From a virus (lineage: Duplodnaviria; Caudoviricetes): a stretch of DNA of 25,354 nucleotides. The stretch covers positions 1-25,354 of IMG/VR virus record IMGVR_UViG_3300009507_002826; one strand, given 5' to 3'. The notes beneath the pieces were generated by a model. That model was given only the letters and a program-made list of their open reading frames with translations. It was not told the DNA's origin and ran no database searches. The translations under genes were made by a program, and so were the position numbers. This document shows, piece after piece, positions 15,818 to 24,195 of the stretch (positions are counted from its first letter, which is position 1; each line of letters starts with the position of its first letter).

Positions 15818-16006
15818 TTCTCTTTGTAAATCAGAAATTTTAACAAATGCTCTATACTTTGCATCTGACTCTTCAGCAACAGACACTTTAAGCATTTTTA
15901 TTTCTTCTCTAAGTGCATTACACTCGTTGTTTTTTTCAACGAGCATAATTCTTAAATCTTCTTCTAAGGTATTGTTTGTGAATTTTTTTGTTAAGTGGTC
16001 GGTCAT
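15800..16006 (-). CDS. Small coiled-coil hypothetical protein (68 aa)
   Basis: Heptad-like LEEDLRIMLVEKNNECNALREEIKMLK. Start overlaps the upstream stop. Confidence 0.7.
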   Translation of the reverse strand: MTDHLTKKFTNNTLEEDLRIMLVEKNNECNALREEIKMLKVSVAEESDAKYRAFVKISDLQRELNSTK

Positions 16007-16269
16007 TATTTTACAGTGATAACTCTTTTCATGTCATCCAGTTCAGGAATTACATCTACATTTCTTGCAATGTAATCTCTTATAAAAACTAAGGCATATC
16101 TTTTAGTTTTAGAATTATAAAATCCCAAACTATCAAACTTGCCTCTCCTATCTCTTTGTATCATAGAGTGAATTACAGTCTTACCACTTGCCGAATTAAT
16201 GTGACTGGCCTTTTCCTCTAGATCTTTAAAAGTAGATACAATATTCTTAATAATTTTATCAGTTTTCAT
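16006..16269 (-). CDS. Basic hypothetical protein (87 aa)
   Basis: ORF with AGGA RBS and an upstream TAAATA motif. No recognised family. Confidence 0.7.
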   Translation of the reverse strand: MKTDKIIKNIVSTFKDLEEKASHINSASGKTVIHSMIQRDRRGKFDSLGFYNSKTKRYALVFIRDYIARNVDVIPELDDMKRVITVK

Positions 16270-16300
16270 TTTAGTCCTATGTTGTTAAATGATACACTTG

Positions 16301-16308
16301 TATTTACT
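16301..16308 (-). promoter_or_regulatory. Late promoter-like AGTAAATA
   Basis: TAAATA core in the intergenic gap upstream of 16269. Confidence 0.45.
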
Positions 16309-16345
16309 ACTAATTCAATTCAAACAAATCAAAATATGATATTTT

Positions 16346-18328
16346 TTACCAGTTATAATGTAATGTCAAGTAAATTTCTCTACCTTGTGTATTATAAAAA
16401 GGAACAACCTCTACAATTTCATCTGTTATGTTTTCTGCTTTAAAAGAAAGTGTTAAGCCATTTGTAAACACTTTGGTTACATATAAGTTTAACTTATTTA
16501 GATCTTCCAAATACTCCTGCCCTTCTAATACATCATAGGGACCAGGTGCTCTATCTAAATTAAATGCGTACTTTAATCTAAAGTTTACATCAAAAAAGTC
16601 TTCGCTGTATTGTAATACACCAGCAAATTTAGGTACTCTAGTTTGGTCTGTATCAGTATATTTTAACATTATAAAAACAGGACCAAAGTTATTTGCATAT
16701 CTAACACCTGCTGTGGTGTACTCTCCTGTGTTTGCATAAGTAGGCATAGTGTAAACTGGATTATTATCTTCTACAATTTCATATGCACAACCTAATGGCA
16801 TTCCATCTGATGCTGTATAATTAGGATCTAAAACACAACCACCATATGTACCATCTGTATTAACAGATGCTTCAGCATCTAATTCCAATGATGTTGTAAT
16901 ATTGTCTGTATAATATCCTGGAACATACTCTATTGATTCTTCAAAATCATACATAAACACACTTAGCACACCATATCCTAATTCAATGCCTACACCTTTT
17001 TCAGGTTCTAGTTCTTCATTACCTTGTACATATCCATCGCCAAACTTTTCATATAGATTAGGCTTTCTAAAACTGTTTCCTATATTAAAGAACCAGTCGC
17101 CTTTTTCAATACCCAGTCTAAGAGCATTCTGATCATCGTTGCCCAGTCTAATACCAAAGTTATAATTTAGTATAAAGTTAGCATTGGCTTGAAAGTATAT
17201 ACCTCCATTTTCGTCTGAATACTTTTCATCTATTTGTGTTAGGGTATATACACCGTTACCTTGTATAACTTCATATGCATTATCAAGATCAGGTTCTATT
17301 GTACCGTTCCACAAAGGTAATAATGTACCATCATTATATGTTAAATTTTCATCTGTAAAGGAACCTGGTCTTGTATCACTTACTAAAACTGTTTCAGATC
17401 CTTCAATATTTTGCCAACTGCTTGTATTGTAATACTGTTTTTCTACATCTATACCAAATGCAACATTTAAACTTTGACTGAGTTCTACTTGATTGCCTAT
17501 TCTAAAATAATCTCTATAACCCTCATTTAAATATGTAGGATCTTCTACTGTGAAATACTCAGCAGTATTATAGTTTCTACCTATTGTAATATAATCATTT
17601 CTAATAGCAATATTATATCTTTGGCCGTCTTGTAAACAGTCATTGCTTTGACCCCAATTATAATCATAACAGTTGTCATAGTCGTATTCGTATTCAGTAA
17701 ACTTACCTACAATAGTAAAGTCTCCTGCATCTACATTAAACCTAGCAGTTTTGTTTTCGTAATTATCTTCCTCTTCATTGTCATTACGAACACTATCCAT
17801 GCCATCTTTAACCGTACTAAACTCTAACTGATCTATTGGAGCAACTCTGACATAGTTTATACCATCTTCTAATCTAAGTGTAATACCTCTTTCTATTGTA
17901 TCCTGTATAAGTACTGTTCCTGCCATACTGCCTGAGCCATATATAACACCATTTGCACCAGTAATTACTTTTACTGTTTGTCCACTTGCAAAGTCATGTC
18001 CAAAGTCATACCAACTTGCCCCAGGATCATTTGCCGGGATACCATTCACATAAACTGAAGTGTGAGATGTTTGAGCACCTCTTTCATTGAAACCTACAAA
18101 GCCTCCATAGCCACCTGGATTCCAAGTAAAGGCTGGCATAATAGCACTTATTAAACTACCGCTAGTAATTGGGTCTGCTTTGACCACTTTTTCTTGTTGA
18201 GCAGTTACAACAATATCTTCTATCTCGTCTGCTTTAGCCTCTACTGCCCATAATAGAAAAAACATCACAACTGCGGCAATGTAAAGTGGACTAAAGTTTA
18301 TGTGAAAGTTTTTATCAAATTCGTTCAT
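16346..18328 (-). CDS. TonB-dependent outer membrane receptor, BtuB-like (660 aa)
   Basis: Signal peptide (...VEAKA), TonB box DIVVTA, plug motifs RGAQTSHTSVYVNGIPAND and GANGVIYGSGSMAGTVLI, FRKPNLYE, LEPEKG, ENITD and a C-terminal aromatic residue (YNW). Confidence 0.9.
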   Translation of the reverse strand: MNEFDKNFHINFSPLYIAAVVMFFLLWAVEAKADEIEDIVVTAQQEKVVKADPITSGSLISAIMPAFTWNPGGYGGFVGFNERGAQTSHTSVYVNGIPANDPGASWYDFGHDFASGQTVKVITGANGVIYGSGSMAGTVLIQDTIERGITLRLEDGINYVRVAPIDQLEFSTVKDGMDSVRNDNEEEDNYENKTARFNVDAGDFTIVGKFTEYEYDYDNCYDYNWGQSNDCLQDGQRYNIAIRNDYITIGRNYNTAEYFTVEDPTYLNEGYRDYFRIGNQVELSQSLNVAFGIDVEKQYYNTSSWQNIEGSETVLVSDTRPGSFTDENLTYNDGTLLPLWNGTIEPDLDNAYEVIQGNGVYTLTQIDEKYSDENGGIYFQANANFILNYNFGIRLGNDDQNALRLGIEKGDWFFNIGNSFRKPNLYEKFGDGYVQGNEELEPEKGVGIELGYGVLSVFMYDFEESIEYVPGYYTDNITTSLELDAEASVNTDGTYGGCVLDPNYTASDGMPLGCAYEIVEDNNPVYTMPTYANTGEYTTAGVRYANNFGPVFIMLKYTDTDQTRVPKFAGVLQYSEDFFDVNFRLKYAFNLDRAPGPYDVLEGQEYLEDLNKLNLYVTKVFTNGLTLSFKAENITDEIVEVVPFYNTQGREIYLTLHYNW

Positions 18329-18330
18329 TT

Positions 18331-18876
18331 TTATTTTATTAAATCCTTTAATGTGGACTCGAACATCTCGACACCTAATGCTTTATTCGCCTGCCATTCG
18401 GATGTCTGATCTCCTTGTCCGATTATATCGCTTATAAACTTTAAACATTTAAAGTCTGCGCCAAAATGCATACACACTTTAGCGAGTGCATAAGCCTCCA
18501 TGTCAACTACATTGCAATAACCATCAGGTTTAGTTGTAGCAAACTTATCTTGAGTATAACATGTAAATCCTTTATGGTCAACCACAATTTCTTGGGTATT
18601 TGTTTCAAATGGTGTTTGATATTTGTCAAAGCCAAATTCTCTACAATCCATATCTGCTTGTACAAATTTTCCAATGTGCAACATGCCTTTCATATTAGGG
18701 TCTACTCCTCCAGCAGTACCATAATTGATAACCAGTTCTGTATCTGGATTATTTGTCAAATACTCAGTGAGTTTAAGTGCGGCATTGATTTTACCAACAC
18801 CTGTAATAATTGTGTTATAGTTGCCTTGCAATCCTTCGAGTTCGTCTGCCAGTGCAACTGCTAAAACATATTTCAT
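18331..18876 (-). CDS. mtnN: MTA/SAH nucleosidase-family protein (PNP/UDP superfamily)
   Basis: TGVGKINAA, INYGTAGG, VDMEAYALAKVC and KFISD motifs. Confidence 0.85.
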   Translation of the reverse strand: MKYVLAVALADELEGLQGNYNTIITGVGKINAALKLTEYLTNNPDTELVINYGTAGGVDPNMKGMLHIGKFVQADMDCREFGFDKYQTPFETNTQEIVVDHKGFTCYTQDKFATTKPDGYCNVVDMEAYALAKVCMHFGADFKCLKFISDIIGQGDQTSEWQANKALGVEMFESTLKDLIK

Positions 18877-18907
18877 AATTTCCTCTAGTAATAGTTGTAC
18901 TTGTAAT

Positions 18908-18938
18908 TATTTAATTGATATAAGAAAAGAGATAAATA
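18908..18938. promoter_or_regulatory. Back-to-back late promoter motifs: ATTAAATA (minus, 18908-18915) and GATAAATA (plus, 18931-18938)
   Basis: Both lie in the divergent gap and each is followed by an SD (GAGGA before 18876; AGGAG before 18957). Confidence 0.6.
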
Positions 18939-18956
18939 ACTGGCAGGAGATATTAA

Positions 18957-19541
18957 ATGAGAATCGATGAAGTAATAAATGAAGTTGAATTCGGTGCAGT
19001 TGACCGAATGAAGCAAGGTGCAAAAAATGTTGTCAGTAAAATTGGAAGTAAATTAGGCAGTAATCGTGCAAAAATTTCCAACATTCGCGGTGACGTTAAA
19101 GCAAAAGGCATGAAAGCCGCAAATGTTATTGCTACAAAATATCAGAAATGGTTGGTACAAAATCATCCGGATCAACCACCTGAGACACTCAATATTGAAC
19201 AATTCAAACAATGGATGGCAACATCTCCTAGACTGAAGAACCAAACTAGCACATTTGATTTTTTAAAAGCCAATCCGTCATTGCAAAATCTTGCAAAGCA
19301 ATCATCCTCAGATGATCCAGTGCAATTTGATGGCGAAGACAAAAGTGCGATATTTTTAAACTTGGCTTATGCTGATGCACAGACACAGCCTTCCTCTAAC
19401 GATAATACAAATATACCAAATGTGAAAGGTGATAATTTAGACTCTAATCAGCAACAGGAAGTTAATAAGTGGGTGCAAAATGCTCCAGATGATGTTTTAG
19501 CCGCAGTGATACAAGCCGGAACGGCAAAACTTCAAAAGTAG
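18957..19541 (+). CDS. Hypothetical late protein, possible internal head protein (194 aa)
   Basis: Late promoter plus AGGAG RBS. N-terminus MRIDEVINE followed by a basic segment. Confidence 0.7.
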   Translation: MRIDEVINEVEFGAVDRMKQGAKNVVSKIGSKLGSNRAKISNIRGDVKAKGMKAANVIATKYQKWLVQNHPDQPPETLNIEQFKQWMATSPRLKNQTSTFDFLKANPSLQNLAKQSSSDDPVQFDGEDKSAIFLNLAYADAQTQPSSNDNTNIPNVKGDNLDSNQQQEVNKWVQNAPDDVLAAVIQAGTAKLQK

Positions 19542-19605
19542 ATTTTTTAGTAAAACAGTAAAAGGCCCAAAAACCCCCATCATTAAAGCATCCGTTAATA
19601 TTACT

Positions 19606-19613
19606 GATAAATA
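19606..19613 (+). promoter_or_regulatory. Late promoter motif GATAAATA, 5 nt before ATG 19619
   Basis: GATAAATA-CTTGT-ATG, no SD. Confidence 0.7.
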
Positions 19614-19618
19614 CTTGT

Positions 19619-19990
19619 ATGGCAACATTTATTGGATTCAGTACAGATAACAAGAAAAAACCACCTTACACACTTACGGATTTAGATTTAGTTAAACAAG
19701 ATTTATTAAATCATTTTCAGACTCGTAAAGGGGAAAGAGTTATGAGACCAGAATATGGTAGTATTATACACGATGTTCTAATGGAGCCGTTTGATAATCT
19801 AACAATGCAAGATGTACAAGAAGAATGCAACACTATAGTTGGTAATGACCCAAGAGTAGAATTACTTGATGTAAAAATTACAAATACAGATCATTTTTTA
19901 CAAGTAGAACTTTATTTAGAATATAATGTAGATCAAAGTCAAGATGTATTAGAGGTTAGGTTAGAAAGAGAATTTAATGGAGATACATAA
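19619..19990 (+). CDS. gp25: gp25/gpW-like baseplate wedge subunit
   Basis: LVKQDLLNHFQTRKGERVMRPEYGS...DPRV motif. Confidence 0.92.
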   Translation: MATFIGFSTDNKKKPPYTLTDLDLVKQDLLNHFQTRKGERVMRPEYGSIIHDVLMEPFDNLTMQDVQEECNTIVGNDPRVELLDVKITNTDHFLQVELYLEYNVDQSQDVLEVRLEREFNGDT

Positions 19991-22900
19991 TGTCAATTAG
20001 CAATAGAAATCAAAATCTATTTGCCGCAGAGGACTGGGAATTAGCCTATCAGGCATTCACCCAAGTAAGTTTCAAGGCATATGATTTTAGTACAATGCGT
20101 ACATCTATGCTTAATTACATAAGAGAAAATTATCCAGAATCTTTCAATGACTACATTGAGAGTTCTGAATTTATTGCTATTATAGAATTATTAGCATATC
20201 TTTCGCAAAGTTTATCATTCAGAGCAGATTTAAATACCAGGGAAAACTTCCTTGCTACCGCAGAAAGTAGAGACAGTATTTTACGTTTAGCAGATATGCT
20301 AGGTTATGCTCCTAAAAGAAATATACCAGCAAGTGGATTAGTAAAAATTGATAGTATAGAAACAGACGAACCTTTACTAGACGCTTCGGGCGAAAGTTTA
20401 CAAGATATCAGAATAGACTGGAATGATCCAACAAATGCAAATAGTTTTGATCAATTTATTACAGTTTTAAATAGTGCATTTTCTGTAACAAACCCTTTTA
20501 CAAAACCTATTGTTGAAGGAACAGTAGGCGGTATTGCTACACAGATATATGGGTTCAATAATGAAATAGGCTCAACCCCTATATTCCCAACCAGTGCAAC
20601 TGTAAATGGTGTTAGTGTACCTTTTGAATTTGTTAGTACACATATAGAAAACGGTGTTTTCAAAGAAGCACAACCAGACATTTATAGTCAAATGAGAATT
20701 TGTTATCGAAATGATAAAAGAGGTTTAGAAAGTCCTTATACAGGATTTTTTATGATGTTTAAGCAGGGTGTATTAAGTTTTGAAGATTATATTTTTGAAA
20801 GGGCATTGCCTAACAGAACAGTAGATATACCGGTTGCTAACATAAACGAAACAGATGTATTTGTGCATCAAATGGATAATAATGCTGTTAACCAACTTAC
20901 TTGGCAAAAAGTCAGCAATCTTCAAGGACAGACTTTATTATATAATGCAACTAGTCTAGAATCCAGAAACTTATATGCAATTGACAACTTATTTGACGAC
21001 GGTGTGAGAATAAGATTCTCAGACGGTAATTTTGCAAACATACCTTCTGGAATTTTTAGAATTTATTACAGAACCAGCATTGGCGAAAACTTATCTATTA
21101 GACCAGCAGATTTTCAAAACAAAGAATTAGTATTACCTTATTATAACAGAAAAGGTGAATTACACAGACTCACTCTAAGGATGTCATTAAAAGGCACAGT
21201 TTCAAATGGTTCAGCCGCAGAAACTTTACAAAGCATTAAACGAAGAGCACCACAAACATATTATACACAAAATAGAATGGTCAGTGCTCAAGACTATAAT
21301 GTATTTCCACTGAGTCAAAGTGTAAACATATTAAAACTTAAATCTACAAATAGAACCCATGCAGGTCATAGTAGATATATTGATATCGAAGACCCAACAG
21401 GAAGATTTAGTAGTGTCACATCATTTGCAGACGATGGGGCATTATACAAAGACATAGAAAATAAAGACACTTATTTGACATTTGGTACAAGTAGAACAGC
21501 AATGCAAATTTTAAAAGAGGATGTTGCTAATATTACTAAAGATGTAAATTTACAAAACTTTGTATACGATGATTATAGGAAATTACATAAAGGCTTAGAT
21601 GCATTAGCATTTGACTTGACATCAAACAATAAAGATATCACATGGGTTACCCAGCCTAGTAAAAATAAAAATAACACAGGTTATTTTACTAGATTAGATG
21701 GCGGCATAAGAACTACATTAAACAATAGTGTAAACGAAAATAGAATTATACAAGCCGGCTCTTATATAAAATTTAAAAATCCAAACGATCCAACACAAGA
21801 AGAATTAGCAACTATTACAAGTATTACAAATAATGGCGTTCCGACAAATTTACTAAGTGTCACAGAAGGCGTCGTAAAATTAAACAAAGAAATTCCAAAT
21901 GCATGGAGAGCCACAGAAATTATACCTACATTAAATTCTAATAGTCTAGAAACAGATATAGGTAACGCATTTGATACAAGAATAAAGGCTAAAGAGGATT
22001 TTGGTATAGGATATAATTTTAGACCAGGTGGAAGTAATATTACACACTGGTATGTTATAGACAATAGTAATTTACAGAAAAATGCAGACTTTAATCCGAA
22101 TCTTACCAGCGGTGCTAGTTGGTTAATGAAATTTGAATACAATAGTACTAACAGTACAACAAATATTTCAAATTACACAGTAACTACAAGAGGTACCAGA
22201 ATTATATTTGAAAGTCTCAAAGATATAAAATTTTATTTTTCTAGTGATGAAAAAACATTTGACAGTAAAACAGGAAGGGTATTAAAGGATACTATCGCAT
22301 TAACCACAGCAAACTTCAAACCAGAACTGGTAGAAACATATAACTGGGTTGATACAAATTTAGATGATATAGGTGATAGTTGGCAATTAGAATCTACAAA
22401 TGCAACATATACTCCAAATGTAGGAAACAGTCCAGAAATAATTTTAAGAAGCAGAGACACAAAAGCAAAAGATTTAGAAATAAGATTTATTAGTAATTTT
22501 GGTTTACTGGTCAACGGTGAAGCATCAGTGTCGCCCACAGCAGATTATAGCCAAGGTGATTTTGCACCAGCAGTATCTACAACAATAGCAGTAGATCCAA
22601 TATCAGCAACAACTGGTAAAGCAGTGGTAAAATTAAATAGTGCAAAATTATCAGCATTGCCGAGTGGTATTACTATACCATTAAGTAAATTTGGTACATC
22701 TATTATTGGTGGAGCAAACGGTAATATTGCTTATGTTAATTACAACACAGGTTCAAGTAGTTATAAAACTTATACAGGTAATGCAACCACAACTACATTT
22801 GAGGTAGGAGATTCCGCATCAGAAGGATTTATTGATTTGACGTCAACCACAAGTTTAAAAATTTCAGACTTTGACAGTTTAAGTAGCAGATGGAACGGAT

Positions 22901-24195
22901 TTAAACATGCAGATAAATTGCAGGTAGTTTATAAAAACGTCAAAGAGTCATTAGACAAACCACTGCAATTTGAAATTGTGGATTCATACAGATATGGTGA
23001 CGGCTTTGCCGATCCGGCAAAAGTTGTTGTTAAACCTGTCGACAGCGACTATGATGGTTTTCCAGATGATCCAGACTTATTTGACAAGTTTGTAGGTAGT
23101 ACAGACTTTGTTTTCTTTGAGCAATACACTGACTTAGATGGCTATACATACGAAAGACCAGCAAAATTCAAAATATTAAATTTTGCAACTGAAACAGAAA
23201 TATCAGTTGATTATGTATTAGACACAGTTGCTCCAGGTAGTGACCCAGATAACAAAACACCATTTACAGATTTTGATTTGATTATTGTAAAAGATTTAAG
23301 TGTAGCAGAAAAATATCTAAAAAATAATTTAGGTAAACTTAATCACAAATTAGTTTTTCCAAGATCGCTTTTACCTAAAGTATATGAATTAATCAATGAC
23401 TTAACAACACCTAAAATGATTGTACTAACAGAAAACAACCAGTACAATGTAAAAGTAGGTAGAAGTTTTGAGCAAAACACATTACAGGCAAATCCAAGAA
23501 AATGTTCATTTGAATGGCAACACATTGCTCCAAGTGATGTTAGAATAGATCCTAGTATCAGCAATGTTGTTGAAATGTTTATGCTTACTAAATCGTATTA
23601 TCAAGCAATGCTAAGTTATAAAAATGGCGGTACTAGTATATTGCCGAGTGCGCCAACATCAGAACAACTTGCACAAGATTTTGCAGGCTTAGATGAATTT
23701 AAGAGTGTTAGTGATCAATTAGTTTACAGCAGTGGTAAATTTAAATTATTATTTGGCAATGACGCAGAACCAGAATTACAAGCAAAAATTAAAGTTGTAA
23801 AACTACCAGGAAGTACAACTACAGATGCAGAAGTTAGAAGTGCGGTGTTAGAATTAATTGACACTTATTTTAATGTAGAAAACTGGGACTTTGGTGAAAC
23901 ATTTTATTTCTCAGAATTAAGTGCGTACATTCATCAGGAACTAGGTAAAGCAATAGCATCAGTAGTAATTGTGCCTAGTAAGTCCGAATCTATATTTGGA
24001 GATTTATATCAAGTTAGAGCGGCATCAGATGAATTATTCTTTTCTACAGCAACAGTGGATAATGTAGAAGTAGTTAAAAGTCTATCTTCAGCAAATTTAA
24101 AACAATTGAAAGGCAACGTAATTAATAAATCATCTACAACAAACAGTAGCAGTAGCAGTAGCAGTAGCAGTGGTTCAAGTGGAAGTGGATACTAA
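19990..24195 (+). CDS. gp6: gp6-like baseplate wedge protein (1401 aa)
   Basis: YDFSTMRTSMLNYI, ENFLATAESRDSILRLADMLGYAPKR, IRFSDG and ETLQSIKRRAPQTYYTQNRMVSAQDY. Follows gp25. Confidence 0.88.
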   Translation: MSISNRNQNLFAAEDWELAYQAFTQVSFKAYDFSTMRTSMLNYIRENYPESFNDYIESSEFIAIIELLAYLSQSLSFRADLNTRENFLATAESRDSILRLADMLGYAPKRNIPASGLVKIDSIETDEPLLDASGESLQDIRIDWNDPTNANSFDQFITVLNSAFSVTNPFTKPIVEGTVGGIATQIYGFNNEIGSTPIFPTSATVNGVSVPFEFVSTHIENGVFKEAQPDIYSQMRICYRNDKRGLESPYTGFFMMFKQGVLSFEDYIFERALPNRTVDIPVANINETDVFVHQMDNNAVNQLTWQKVSNLQGQTLLYNATSLESRNLYAIDNLFDDGVRIRFSDGNFANIPSGIFRIYYRTSIGENLSIRPADFQNKELVLPYYNRKGELHRLTLRMSLKGTVSNGSAAETLQSIKRRAPQTYYTQNRMVSAQDYNVFPLSQSVNILKLKSTNRTHAGHSRYIDIEDPTGRFSSVTSFADDGALYKDIENKDTYLTFGTSRTAMQILKEDVANITKDVNLQNFVYDDYRKLHKGLDALAFDLTSNNKDITWVTQPSKNKNNTGYFTRLDGGIRTTLNNSVNENRIIQAGSYIKFKNPNDPTQEELATITSITNNGVPTNLLSVTEGVVKLNKEIPNAWRATEIIPTLNSNSLETDIGNAFDTRIKAKEDFGIGYNFRPGGSNITHWYVIDNSNLQKNADFNPNLTSGASWLMKFEYNSTNSTTNISNYTVTTRGTRIIFESLKDIKFYFSSDEKTFDSKTGRVLKDTIALTTANFKPELVETYNWVDTNLDDIGDSWQLESTNATYTPNVGNSPEIILRSRDTKAKDLEIRFISNFGLLVNGEASVSPTADYSQGDFAPAVSTTIAVDPISATTGKAVVKLNSAKLSALPSGITIPLSKFGTSIIGGANGNIAYVNYNTGSSSYKTYTGNATTTTFEVGDSASEGFIDLTSTTSLKISDFDSLSSRWNGFKHADKLQVVYKNVKESLDKPLQFEIVDSYRYGDGFADPAKVVVKPVDSDYDGFPDDPDLFDKFVGSTDFVFFEQYTDLDGYTYERPAKFKILNFATETEISVDYVLDTVAPGSDPDNKTPFTDFDLIIVKDLSVAEKYLKNNLGKLNHKLVFPRSLLPKVYELINDLTTPKMIVLTENNQYNVKVGRSFEQNTLQANPRKCSFEWQHIAPSDVRIDPSISNVVEMFMLTKSYYQAMLSYKNGGTSILPSAPTSEQLAQDFAGLDEFKSVSDQLVYSSGKFKLLFGNDAEPELQAKIKVVKLPGSTTTDAEVRSAVLELIDTYFNVENWDFGETFYFSELSAYIHQELGKAIASVVIVPSKSESIFGDLYQVRAASDELFFSTATVDNVEVVKSLSSANLKQLKGNVINKSSTTNSSSSSSSSSGSSGSGY
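24145..24171 (+). repeat. (AGTAGC)4 microsatellite encoding the poly-Ser tail of gp6
   Basis: AGTAGC x4 plus AGT gives SSSSSSSSS before GSSGSGY*. Confidence 0.85.

Noticed and set aside
18329-18956. Cobalamin riboswitch upstream of the BtuB-like gene
   Set aside because: Only 2 nt separate it from mtnN, and the 80-nt gap upstream of mtnN is AT-rich with no B12-box.
2198-23564. Remaining short opposite-strand ORFs nested in long genes (e.g. 2198-2482, 3644-4085, 5393-6853, 11193-14656, 18466-18864, 19053-19653, 20451-23564)
   Set aside because: Overlap well-supported genes on the other strand, with no recognisable motifs; typical antisense shadows.
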